Part shown: piece by piece, positions 50,418-60,252 of the stretch
How the letters are laid out: the number at the start of each line of letters is the position of its first letter
How positions within the stretch are numbered: position 1 is the stretch's first letter
IMG/VR virus record: IMGVR_UViG_3300031867_000006
Span: 32,001-96,000 of that record
Reading direction: 5' to 3' (one strand)
DNA: 64,000 bases
Source: a virus
Lineage: Duplodnaviria; Caudoviricetes
The notes under the pieces: generated by a model
Told to the model about the DNA's origin: nothing
Seen by the model: only the letters and a program-made list of their open reading frames with translations
Databases searched by the model: none
Program-made: the position numbers and the translations under genes

Positions 50418-50486
50418 AATTAAGTTTACTTTACTACATAATTATATTATACAATCTTAATCTTGTTTAAATAGTATTTTTGCTAA

Positions 50487-51077
50487 CTACTTTGCTTCAG
50501 TAAAGTTTAATCCTTTAAAAGTCTTAACTGGATTGCCTCTCTCGATATTATTATGCTTGCTCCACGCATCATTCTTCTGTTTAGCTTTAGCAGATCTTTC
50601 TTTCTCTGATAATATCGCATTGAGCTTCTTAATACACTCTTGCTTATTGGCATACTGGCTACGCTGAGAGGTAGATTGAGTAGTTATTCCTGTCGGAATA
50701 TGTATTACTCTAACTCCAGTTTCAACTTTATTTACATTTTGCCCACCATGACCACCAGAATGGAACTTCTCTATTCTGATATCATTATCTTTGCAAATCT
50801 CTTCTACTTCATCTATTATACTTACATTGATAAACCAATTCTTACGTTTGTGACCTTTACGGATAGGACTTTCACATGTCCACTTAATACTACCAGCATA
50901 TTCAGATAAATCAAACTCAGTATAAAACATCACTGATGTTAAGCTATCATTAAATCTAGATTCATGCTTAGATAATATCTCTATATCAGGATATTTTATT
51001 TCGAAAAAAGAAAGGAGCTTGCTTACAGCAAGCTCACATTCTACAGGTCCCATTCCAGAACTAATCTGTATTATCAT
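50487..51077 (-). CDS. prfH: Peptide chain release factor H
   Basis: MIIQISSGMGPVEC, SPIRKGHKRKNWF, SGGHGGQNVNKVETGVR, RSQYANK; RBS before 51077. Confidence 0.92.
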   Translation of the reverse strand: MIIQISSGMGPVECELAVSKLLSFFEIKYPDIEILSKHESRFNDSLTSVMFYTEFDLSEYAGSIKWTCESPIRKGHKRKNWFINVSIIDEVEEICKDNDIRIEKFHSGGHGGQNVNKVETGVRVIHIPTGITTQSTSQRSQYANKQECIKKLNAILSEKERSAKAKQKNDAWSKHNNIERGNPVKTFKGLNFTEAK

Positions 51078-51549
51078 TCTGTTTCTCCTTAAATTTATCA
51101 ACCGCTCTTATTATCTCAAGGATTTTATCTCCAAAATGAGTTTTAAATAAAGTTCGCTGATAATTCATTGCAGTTGCGCCTAAGAAGGCTGTAGTTATTT
51201 CGTCAAGTTTCTCTAATTCATCTTTAGTCTTTACGTACTGTTTAATATCTCTCAAATCGCGTATTATGATTATGCTATCATCTAATATACGTCTATATAT
51301 AAGTACATCTGTTGTTGATCGATCAATATATTTCTCAGTAGAAAATTCTGTATTTTTAATAGCGTCTTCTTTATTATCATAAAATTTAGCGCGTGTTGTA
51401 AAGATATTATAAAGTGGCGCCATTCCAATTGAATCTAAACCAATCTTACATGCCTCATCAAAAGAATTAGCTTCATGCTTACCAAAATATATTGGTAATA
51501 CGCCAGCAATACCATCAGTGTATCCATTTACCCATACTTCAAAGATCAA
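51061..51549 (-). CDS. Hypothetical protein
   Basis: 162 aa, operonic. Confidence 0.65.
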   Translation of the reverse strand: MIFEVWVNGYTDGIAGVLPIYFGKHEANSFDEACKIGLDSIGMAPLYNIFTTRAKFYDNKEDAIKNTEFSTEKYIDRSTTDVLIYRRILDDSIIIIRDLRDIKQYVKTKDELEKLDEITTAFLGATAMNYQRTLFKTHFGDKILEIIRAVDKFKEKQNDNTD

Positions 51550-52085
51550 TTTTCATCACCCTTTCTCCATGTTACACTAGCACTACAATCAGGCTTTTGA
51601 GCCACATCAACACTAAGTATGCGATCACCAACCATTCTTACAGCCAATGCATCGTCAGGTAGTGGATGCTCACATTCACCTTTGAATTTGGGAAGATTAT
51701 TCTGATGATTTTTAATGTAGTTCTCATAACTCTCCATAGCTTTATTATATAATCTTGCAGAATAATACCTATGATTTCTGGTATACTGATATATTTCTTT
51801 AAAATATTTATATAAGCAAGCATTTGTTGTTGCTACATTAACGTTATCTATAGTAATATCATAATATACCGATACTTTTAATTTAGCATACCTAGTATCT
51901 TCATCATATCCAGTTATGCTACATATCTCACCCATGCGATAATTAATATCGCCTTTGAATCTCTTCTTGATGAATTTGACCAGCTTCTCTTTGGATGAAA
52001 ACCAATATATGCTTGGATTTTTAACTTCAGCCTTAAATAAAGGATCTGTATTATTAATCTTTAAATAATATCGCTTCTTTGCCAT
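51546..52085 (-). CDS. Hypothetical protein
   Basis: 179 aa, RBS. Confidence 0.7.
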   Translation of the reverse strand: MAKKRYYLKINNTDPLFKAEVKNPSIYWFSSKEKLVKFIKKRFKGDINYRMGEICSITGYDEDTRYAKLKVSVYYDITIDNVNVATTNACLYKYFKEIYQYTRNHRYYSARLYNKAMESYENYIKNHQNNLPKFKGECEHPLPDDALAVRMVGDRILSVDVAQKPDCSASVTWRKGDEN

Positions 52086-52087
52086 GT

Positions 52088-53176
52088 TTACCTCCCATTC
52101 TTAAAGCTATACACAGGTCTGCATATAGTAATTATATTGATTTTGCCTTCAAGGGCCGATTTAATAGATTCAATATCTCTATATACCATAGGTGCTTCAT
52201 CAAGAGTCTTACTACTTATAGTGCTAGAATAAACACCTTCCATAGCCTTCTTATACTGATTAACTGTAAAGTTATCCTTAACATCAGATCTAGCCATCAA
52301 TCTACCAGCTCCATGAGGCAGACTATAGTTCCATGATTTGTCCTCTATAGGTTGAGCTAATATAATACCATCTCTAGAGTTTATAGGAATAACCGCAAGC
52401 TTCCTAATATCCTCATTGAATACTGCAGAGATAGCACCTTTGCGACATACATAAAGACTAATATCATTATGTATTCTATCTTCATGAATAGAACCTTCCT
52501 TCCAGCCCATATTTTTGATTATAGTCTTTGCTATATTGTATCTATTAGTCATAGCATACTCGCAAGCTAAGTTTACATCAGCAAAGTAATCATTAGCCTG
52601 CACACGCGTCAGATAAGCCAATTCTATAGGTAAATCCGGACAATTCTCCTTCGCCAGCTTAGTATAATAATTATATATAGACTGACCTAAATGGCGACTA
52701 CCAGTATGGATTGTTAAATAAATATCTCTAGCATCTGCATCAACTTCAATGAAGTGATTACCACCGCCTAAAGTACAGAATGCTTCTCTACATCTATCAA
52801 GATCTATATGATCTTTACATCTTAGATTATTTAATGTAGATTCTAATATGGGATCGTATTCATACTTCCTCTTAACAGCATTAATACAACGATCCCTGAT
52901 AATGGTATCAATTTTCTCCCAATTCATTGTCTTTGGTTTACAATTAATCTGTATACATAATACCCCGCAACCTATATCATTACCTATGACTGCTGGTATT
53001 ATATAATTCTCATCATAGCAACTTGCTGTAAATCCTATAGGAGCTACCTTTCCAGGATGACAATCTGGCATAAGTGCTATATAAGCATTCTTAAACATAG
53101 GTTGAGAAGCAAGCTGTTCCGCTTGCTTCATTGCATAATCTTCAATGTCTTTACAATAGTTGACAATTTCTGCCAT
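52088..53176 (-). CDS. rtcB: RtcB-family RNA ligase
   Basis: MPDCHPG, GNDIGCG, TLGGGNHFIEV, HTGSR, RKGA, PHGAGR, EAPMVYRD. Confidence 0.92.
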   Translation of the reverse strand: MAEIVNYCKDIEDYAMKQAEQLASQPMFKNAYIALMPDCHPGKVAPIGFTASCYDENYIIPAVIGNDIGCGVLCIQINCKPKTMNWEKIDTIIRDRCINAVKRKYEYDPILESTLNNLRCKDHIDLDRCREAFCTLGGGNHFIEVDADARDIYLTIHTGSRHLGQSIYNYYTKLAKENCPDLPIELAYLTRVQANDYFADVNLACEYAMTNRYNIAKTIIKNMGWKEGSIHEDRIHNDISLYVCRKGAISAVFNEDIRKLAVIPINSRDGIILAQPIEDKSWNYSLPHGAGRLMARSDVKDNFTVNQYKKAMEGVYSSTISSKTLDEAPMVYRDIESIKSALEGKINIITICRPVYSFKNGR

Positions 53177-53403
53177 TATTTTCTCCTCCAATCATAGTCC
53201 TTGATATGTGTCAGTTTCCCGCCACATTCATTGCAATAGTTCATATTCTGTTTAATGTAGACTATCTTACACTGATCGCATACAGACAAATCATACTCAA
53301 CGTATATAGAAGTCCATATAATATAACTAATGAAGTAGCCTAGCATTACAGCGCTAAATATTATTTTAAGTATGTCTCCTCCGGAAATTTCATATTTATA
53401 CAT
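53176..53403 (-). CDS. Small membrane Zn-ribbon protein
   Basis: TM helix; CDQC...CNECG. Confidence 0.6.
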   Translation of the reverse strand: MYKYEISGGDILKIIFSAVMLGYFISYIIWTSIYVEYDLSVCDQCKIVYIKQNMNYCNECGGKLTHIKDYDWRRK

Positions 53404-53405
53404 GA

Positions 53406-53720
53406 CTAAAACTCCTGTAAGGCTATATAATCATATTCAGCCTTCTTTATACAATCTCTCAATTCATTGAATAAACCACAATAGTTATCATTCATGAATT
53501 CTATTAACGAATCCTTATGATATACGCATGAATCAAAAGTACTTACTTCACAATCGCTATTCTCTGGTACAAATAGATGCTTACAGCGATTCTTAAGTTT
53601 ATACCAATCATTCATCTTTTCGCAAGTTAGATTGATATAATCTAAGTGTTCCCATTTAGTATTTGGATTAACTTGCAAATCTGGAAATTCAACTGTTAAT
53701 ACCTTAAGGTCTCGACTCAT
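53406..53720 (-). CDS. Hypothetical protein
   Basis: Start MSRDLK with GGAGG. Confidence 0.65.
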   Translation of the reverse strand: MSRDLKVLTVEFPDLQVNPNTKWEHLDYINLTCEKMNDWYKLKNRCKHLFVPENSDCEVSTFDSCVYHKDSLIEFMNDNYCGLFNELRDCIKKAEYDYIALQEF

Positions 53721-53863
53721 TATCTGCCTCCTGAAATGCTGTGACCGCAACCTTTGATGCGTTTTGTATTACCATTCTTGCGATCTGTATTAACCTTACC
53801 ACCTCCAAACTTAGAAGACTGCTTAAGCATATTGCTCTTTCTAGAACTCTTGGTCTTACTCAT
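53720..53863 (-). CDS. Small basic protein (47 aa)
   Basis: MSKTKSSRKSNMLKQSSKFGGGK...; RBS; stop overlaps next ATG. Confidence 0.6.
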   Translation of the reverse strand: MSKTKSSRKSNMLKQSSKFGGGKVNTDRKNGNTKRIKGCGHSISGGR

Positions 53864-53864
53864 T

Positions 53865-54362
53865 TTATTTACCCTCCTTTGTTGGTAATGCTATAACTTT
53901 ATCTGGATAGTATTGGGATTTGATAGACATAGCCCATTCATCCAGATTTATAATATACTTAAAATCATAATTAGCATTGAATGCACTGTTGTTATCCAGC
54001 ACTTTCAATCTTCCTGTTTGAAGCATGCTTTCAAATACATTCATGCCTGAGAAATCATTTATAAAGCATCTATTATCCAGCTCAGGATACATAACTAAGA
54101 ACTTCTTGTGTCCCTCGGGATCGGTCCATGTCTTTTCATCGAAATTATAATAATCATGCAATCCAGCAAGCTTAACCATCTCTACGTAATCATTTAGAGT
54201 GGCATATTCCATATCAAGGAACATCCTCTTTATCTTATTCTTCTCATTCGAGTTGAAAAACTTATTAAGCTGGTATAAATACATATCCGCATTGTACTTA
54301 TATTTAGTGCAGAACTTAGACTTATCATTTATAACAACTTTAATTATACCTGTATAATTCAA
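53865..54362 (-). CDS. Hypothetical protein
   Basis: 165 aa, TTG start with AGGAGG; early motif 54440-54452. Confidence 0.7.
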   Translation of the reverse strand: MNYTGIIKVVINDKSKFCTKYKYNADMYLYQLNKFFNSNEKNKIKRMFLDMEYATLNDYVEMVKLAGLHDYYNFDEKTWTDPEGHKKFLVMYPELDNRCFINDFSGMNVFESMLQTGRLKVLDNNSAFNANYDFKYIINLDEWAMSIKSQYYPDKVIALPTKEGK

Positions 54363-54537
54363 ATTAGATCACCTCCTAAATTAATTCTATGTAATATCGT
54401 ATTTATAAAGTTACCTGGCCAGGTAACCCCACACGTTACTATAATATGCAATTGTAAGCAATGTTAATAAAGCAAATAACATATGTAAATTTTAAATTGC
54501 GAAACTATAAATTAATATAAGGATGGAGGTGTATATA

Positions 54538-54936
54538 ATGGAAGCACATCTTTTATCTCTAAATAACTTTAATATGCCAAGGGTATTAGATAAGTCTAAT
54601 GCTAACTATATGCATATAGTTTATCTATTACTTTTAGATAAAGGCACTTTTCAATCTCATCCTAATATGGGTGTTGGTCTAAGATCAGAATACCGATATA
54701 ATAATGATGAGAATATGCTTGATCAATTACGTGAAGAGATTAGAGAGCAGATTACTACTTATTTGCCCCAAGTCGAATACGTAATGAACGTTACGGTAGG
54801 CTTCGCTGGACCAGATCATGTTCTTGGTATAGTCATCGAAGTCTCTGATGGAGCCTATGTTATATCATACGACCAAGAAAATGACGATATAAACGTAGGT
54901 AGTTCTTCTGTATTAAGTGATCTGATATCTAACTAA
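54538..54936 (+). CDS. Baseplate wedge subunit, gp25-like
   Basis: LLLLDKGTFQSHPNMGVGL...IREQITTYLPQV matches the gp25 GE/T...PxxGxxL...IxxxIxxyEPRV pattern. Confidence 0.7.
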   Translation: MEAHLLSLNNFNMPRVLDKSNANYMHIVYLLLLDKGTFQSHPNMGVGLRSEYRYNNDENMLDQLREEIREQITTYLPQVEYVMNVTVGFAGPDHVLGIVIEVSDGAYVISYDQENDDINVGSSSVLSDLISN

Positions 54937-54952
54937 AGGAGGATAATAAAAA

Positions 54953-56653
54953 ATGAGTAAAAAGATTACATTGGATGAGTTGGCAAGAAATAATAACGCT
55001 AAGGCTACCATCACAACTCCTAAGCCTGTTACAATGGGTACATCTAATAAAGCCAATATGAAGGTTGGTGATGTTAATGTATTAGGAGCTGAGCTTCAGA
55101 AAGCACACCCTGAGGCTGCAGCAGCGAAGGCAGAAGAGCAGGAGATTAAGAATCCTGAGATTGTTGATGATGCATTTGCTTCTCTTACAGATACCATTAA
55201 TAAGAAAAAGAAGATGGCTGATGAAATGATGAGTAAAGCGCAGGAAGTTGCTGAAGAGAATGAGAATAATGCAGAACTCCAGGCTGAGTTTGGTGAACTC
55301 GCTGGAGTAGAAAACGATGAAGTCGAGACTGAGAATGATGATCCTATTGATGTGATCGAACCGGAAGAAGAGAAGACTCCGGATGAGCTTATCGATGATA
55401 TTGATAAGGATCTTGCTGAGCTTGGTGGTGAAGATGACGATGATGAGGTAGAAGCACCTGCGACTGTTGTTAATATGAGCAACCAGCCTGATCCTGTTAA
55501 GTCTGTTACTAAGAATATTAAGAATGAGCCTAAGCAGCCGGTGAATGACGAAGAGTTCGCTAAAGAGCTTGAAGATATTGATGATCTTCTTAGCGAGGTA
55601 GAGATTTCTGATCTCGAAGAAGATGATGATGAGAGAATGGCTAGGATTAAGAGCAGCATTGGTGAGAAGGTTCATGCTTCTGATAATCTTATTGATTTCT
55701 CTCAGTATACTATCCAGAGTGAGCCTGTATCTATGTCTGCGATTCTTAACAGCACTAAGATGTCTAGAGATAAAAAATATGCAGATTGGCCCCTGTATTA
55801 CACTGGCAGAACCATTAGGATGGAAGAGTGCGATGGTATTGAATTGGATACGCTTCAGTCTACCATCAATAGATCTAATTCTATGAACAGAGTTATCGCT
55901 ACTCTTAAGTTTGCATATAACCATAATGTGGACGCTAATAAGCCTCCATTCGAAGCATGGTGCCAGTCCATCCGTACAGAGGACTTTGATTCATTGTATT
56001 TCGGACTCTTTATGGCTACATATTCTGACTCTTGTCTGTTAGCTGTAACAGATGAGGAGGGCGATGGTGCTTGCGGAAAGCCTGCTGTATATGATGTAGA
56101 TCCTATGAATATGGTATCTTTCAAGGATGATGATGTTAAGAAAGCTTTCTATGAGCTTATGAATACTGATACTACTACCAGCAGCAAGCTTCAGGAGTCT
56201 ATCCCTCTTCAGATTAGTGATGACTTTGTTATCACATATAAGCATGCTAGCTTATACAGCACATTCGTACAATATGCTACCATCAAAGAGGAGATTATGA
56301 ATAAGTATGGAGATATGCTTAATACCATGGCTTATGTAGATCAGTTCTTTAAGATCGATAGAGAGAATAAGAAGCTTGTTCCTCTTAAGATTAAGAGCTA
56401 TCCTAATGATCTTAATAAGACAGTGCTTACTAAGCTTAAAGCATATAACCAGATACTTAAGACCCTCAACGCAGATCAGTACAATATGCTTAATGGCAAG
56501 CTCAATAATATCATTAAGGAGCCTGAGGTTACTTACCAGTATCCGGAACTGAAGTGTTCTGAATGTGGTCATACTATCCCGAGTAAACCTCTGGATTCTG
56601 TAGTAAACTTGCTTTTTACACGAGCTCAGTTGGCCCAAATCAAGAATTCATAA
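54953..56653 (+). CDS. Baseplate-hub/tail assembly chaperone-like protein (T4 gp26-like C-terminus)
   Basis: Acidic N-terminal half; EDFDSLYFGLFMATY, CSECGH, and terminal LLFT. Confidence 0.5.
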   Translation: MSKKITLDELARNNNAKATITTPKPVTMGTSNKANMKVGDVNVLGAELQKAHPEAAAAKAEEQEIKNPEIVDDAFASLTDTINKKKKMADEMMSKAQEVAEENENNAELQAEFGELAGVENDEVETENDDPIDVIEPEEEKTPDELIDDIDKDLAELGGEDDDDEVEAPATVVNMSNQPDPVKSVTKNIKNEPKQPVNDEEFAKELEDIDDLLSEVEISDLEEDDDERMARIKSSIGEKVHASDNLIDFSQYTIQSEPVSMSAILNSTKMSRDKKYADWPLYYTGRTIRMEECDGIELDTLQSTINRSNSMNRVIATLKFAYNHNVDANKPPFEAWCQSIRTEDFDSLYFGLFMATYSDSCLLAVTDEEGDGACGKPAVYDVDPMNMVSFKDDDVKKAFYELMNTDTTTSSKLQESIPLQISDDFVITYKHASLYSTFVQYATIKEEIMNKYGDMLNTMAYVDQFFKIDRENKKLVPLKIKSYPNDLNKTVLTKLKAYNQILKTLNADQYNMLNGKLNNIIKEPEVTYQYPELKCSECGHTIPSKPLDSVVNLLFTRAQLAQIKNS

Positions 56654-56841
56654 AGAAGGTTGAATCTTTATGTACATTCTATAGAGGTAGAACAACATTT
56701 GGAGAAATGATGCATCTACCTCTAAGTTATATGAATGTGCTCTATAGAATAGCTGAGGAACGTGTTAAGACCAAAGAGGGCCAAGAACAACAAGAAGGCG
56801 AAGTATTAGAGGATGAATTGGAGGCTGCGATATATGAATAA
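56612..56841 (+). CDS. Start-less -1 frame extension of the upstream gene (probable programmed frameshift product)
   Basis: -1 frame is open 56587-56841 (FYTSSVGPNQEFIKKVESLCTFYRGRTTFGEMMHLPL...); no RBS/ATG at its 5' end; CTT TTT at 56612-56617. Confidence 0.55.
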
Positions 56842-57139
56842 TATAGAATTCGCAAAAGAAATTCCAGCGGCACAGTTAGCTGATATATTCAAAAGCTATT
56901 TTGAACAGCATATGATTGCCTATGGAATACTAAGGGATGTGGAATTCGTATCGCTAAATGATATAAGTATGGATAAGGCTTCCATCACATACTCAGTGAA
57001 ATTGCTTGATGCGGAGAATAAGGAAAGATTGCTGAATACATTGCAATCTAATTCTGCTAATATAATTATGTATGGCAAATCCTATACTCCTAACGTATTT
57101 TTGAATGGCGATCTACTATGTATTACTATAAATAAGTAA
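56834..57139 (+). CDS. Hypothetical protein
   Basis: MNNIEF start with GGAGG. Confidence 0.7.
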   Translation: MNNIEFAKEIPAAQLADIFKSYFEQHMIAYGILRDVEFVSLNDISMDKASITYSVKLLDAENKERLLNTLQSNSANIIMYGKSYTPNVFLNGDLLCITINK

Positions 57140-57174
57140 AAAATAATGGGGTGCTAATAAAGCACCCCGCTATT

Positions 57175-58104
57175 TTATTGCGATGATAAGAGCATGTTAT
57201 TCTGCATAGTTTCAACATCCCACTCTATAATATCTATTCTATGCTTAGTAGTGATTTTACCACCCTCATAGAGCTTTGAGCTGATTCTGGTGAATTTATT
57301 TAGTGCATCCTCATAGGACTTTGCTATAAAGCTCTCTGAGCCATAACCTGTGAGTGAAAATCTTAACTCATATAAAGTGTCTTCTAGATCTTCTATCTTG
57401 CATTTATATAAATATAATTTGCTTGACCTTATCTTTATATAAGTCATGAGTTCGTATATCTTGTTATTAGCCATCTCGAACTGATCGAAGATAACTTGTT
57501 CTACATAATAACCCAGAGAGTCCTCAGACTCCTTATGGTAATGCATGGCAACAAGATTTACTTGTCTAGAGCAGCATACCTTAATCACACTTGTTAAGGC
57601 GCAACTTAACCCAGTTACATACACTCTTATCGCTTTTGTGGCTTTTCCATTCATGAATATTATGTTTTCTTCAATGAACTTATTAACCACTGTTTCGAGA
57701 TAATCAAATTGGTTAATCTGATCATCTGCAATGTTGTTGAATATATATTTACCAACAGGTATCTTATGCCTCTTGGCGACTAGACCGCATTCTACAAATA
57801 AGTTATTATTATTTGCTTCTATATCATTAATCAGATTATTTAGTTCTTCATCTGGGATAAACGCTATACTATAATCATAGCCTGCGTCAATAATTTTATT
57901 TATAGATGATGTAGATTCATCCTCTAAGAGATTATTAACTTGGAGTGGGACTAGATTTTTATCATCGCATATTTCATCTAGCGATTTACCGTTATCTATA
58001 TCTTGTTTAATAGACTCCATCTCTTTCTTGTCTGTAAGAAGTCTATACTGCCCCTTTATATTAAGTCTCTTCCTTTTCATTTCACACACCTTTCTGCGAT
58101 CCAC
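57175..58104 (-). CDS. Hypothetical protein
   Basis: About 300 aa; start may be 58080; early motif 58154-58166. Confidence 0.7.
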   Translation of the reverse strand: MDRRKVCEMKRKRLNIKGQYRLLTDKKEMESIKQDIDNGKSLDEICDDKNLVPLQVNNLLEDESTSSINKIIDAGYDYSIAFIPDEELNNLINDIEANNNNLFVECGLVAKRHKIPVGKYIFNNIADDQINQFDYLETVVNKFIEENIIFMNGKATKAIRVYVTGLSCALTSVIKVCCSRQVNLVAMHYHKESEDSLGYYVEQVIFDQFEMANNKIYELMTYIKIRSSKLYLYKCKIEDLEDTLYELRFSLTGYGSESFIAKSYEDALNKFTRISSKLYEGGKITTKHRIDIIEWDVETMQNNMLLSSQ

Positions 58105-58218
58105 ACATTCGCTAGTTGGTTATGTAAAACACGGTCTCATATATATCTACATATATAATATGCAATCGAAATATTTTACCGAAACAATAAATTAATAATC
58201 ACCCAAGGAGGTTATAAG

Positions 58219-60197
58219 ATGGCTAATAAACGATTTAATATAAGCCAATTGGATCAGAAAAGGTTCATTAAAGTTAATGATAGCACATTAGAAGTTACTA
58301 ATCCTGCCATGTTTAACGCTACGAATGGACCAACGCCAGATGGCTTATTAAGTAATACAATATTTGGTATCACCAAAGCTGAGCGTTCTGGTATATATGG
58401 ATATATAGATCTTAAGGAGAAGTTTATCAATCCTTACTTCTATAAGATATGGCTTAAAATAGATAATAAAGTACGTGGATTAATCTATGAAACAGAAACC
58501 TTCTCTATAGATAAGCATGGCTATCTTGTTCAAGATGATAATGGTCAGACCGGTATAAAGTTTATCGAAAAGAATATTCAGGACTTTAAGTTTAAAGATA
58601 CAAAGCAGAAGCACTTTGTGGAAGCTCTCATGAAGGGCGCTAAAGATGGCTTATTCTTTACAGATAAGCTTATTATTATCCCTCCATTCTATAGAGATGT
58701 AGATACATCTGGAGGTGGTCGTATAGGTGTTGGTGAAGTTAATAAGCTATATATTAACGTTCTTAATAAGGTTAAAGCATTGCAAGATGCTAGCGATTAT
58801 GGATTCGATATCAAGGGTGGTATCAGAGGACAAATCCAGGATATTCTATTAGAGTTATATAACTGGTTTACTCTTGGTGAGACTACTATAGGTGGTGAGC
58901 ATACTGGCTCTGGCATATTTAAGAAATTTGGTAGTATGCGAAGATCTGTAATGGCTAAGACTGCAGATTATAGTAATAGATTAGTACTCTCTGCAGCGGA
59001 TACTAATGTAAATAGCAAAGAAGAACTAATGGTAGATTTAGACTATTCTGCTATACCATTAGCATCTGCTTTATCTGTTGCATATCCATTTGTGGTTTAT
59101 AATCTAAGACAGTGGTTTAATAATGAGTTTGGTGGAAAGACTCATTATGACTATATTGATAAAGATGGTAAACCTCAGCAGGTTGAATTAGATAATATCC
59201 TTATTGAATTCTCTGATGATAGAATCGATAAGGAGATTAATGAGTTCATTCATGGATACTCTAATAGATTTAAACCTATAGAAGTGCCCAATAAGGAAGG
59301 TAAGAAGATTTATGTACGCTTTAAGGGTTATTCTATTACTAGAGAGGAATACGCTAAAGGCGTAAGAGAGAATGATACTCTTATAGACAGAGATATAACC
59401 TGGTGCGATTTATTTTATATAGCCGCGTGTGAAGCAACTAAAGATAAATATGCTATTATAACAAGATATCCCATAAGTATGAATTGTGGCATCACATTGG
59501 AAACAGTGTGTTGAAAAATCCATTGAATTGCTGGGAAAGGCTAAAGCTTAGATTCCTATAACGGTGAAGAAATTCAGAAACAATATCTAAGATTGATTAA
59601 TGATGAAATACAAGCCTATATTTAGGTTCTACAATCAATTAATGTCTAATCAGCATCCAGAAATACTGGTTCAACGACTAACCCTGGAATGGGTGTAGGG
59701 CTATTCAATAGTTCGAAGTGATGGAGACCTAAGTCTTATATAGATATGGTCGTGATATAGTCTAATCTTTATGTAACTCATAAAGCTGAATCTTATAATG
59801 AGATTCATACTTCAATAATTTATATAGCAAGGTTCATATATCTTCTACAAATAAGACAGAGCCTGTTGTTATAGATGGCGAATTCTATCAGTGGTATCCA
59901 ATGATACGTCAGAATGATATTGGTGAGAATACATCTAATAGATTTGTAGATACTTGCAATATCTGCAATCTATACTGTAAAGGCATGGGTGCCGATTACG
60001 ATGGTGACACGATATCAGATAAGCTTATGTTTACCAATGAAGCTAATGCCGAGCTTGAGAAATATGTAAATTCCAACGCTCAGTTTATAGCCTTAAATGG
60101 TGTAAGCTTAAGATACCCTTCCATGGAGGCAGTCCAAGCTATATATAACCTTACACTTACATTAGATCAGAATCAATTAACAGATCCAAAGTTCTAA
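58219..60197 (+). CDS. rpoC: Multisubunit RNA polymerase beta'-like subunit, spliced: join(58219..59474,59801..60197), 550 aa
   Basis: GLLSNTIFG, GYIDL..NP, IIIPPFYRD, KTADYSNRLVL, spliced TRYPIDSYFN, catalytic GADYDGD; late promoter 58183-58194. Confidence 0.88.
59475..59800 (+). ncRNA. Group I intron (326 nt, no homing endonuclease)
   Basis: P AATTGCTGGGAA, Q AATCAGCA, R GTTCAACGACTA, S GATATAGTCTA; exon ends in U and intron ends in G; intron 5' AAGTATGAAT is complementary to 3' exon ATTCATACTT (P10). Confidence 0.92.
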
Positions 60198-60204
60198 TAT
60201 TAAT

Positions 60205-60227
60205 ACCCTAGGCTTATAGCCTAGGGT
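60205..60227. terminator. CCCTAGG-family terminator left of the cassette array
   Basis: ACCCTAGGCT-tat-AGCCTAGGGT followed by a T-rich tract. Confidence 0.75.
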
Positions 60228-60252
60228 TATTCTTTTATTTTAGCTTAATACT

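Noticed and set aside
55082-55924. 280-aa minus-strand ORF and the many other antisense ORFs in the track
   Set aside because: They are shadows of long sense genes with biased codon use and have no RBS or motifs.
59475-59800. Homing endonuclease in the intron
   Set aside because: The intron is 326 nt with no sizeable ORF.
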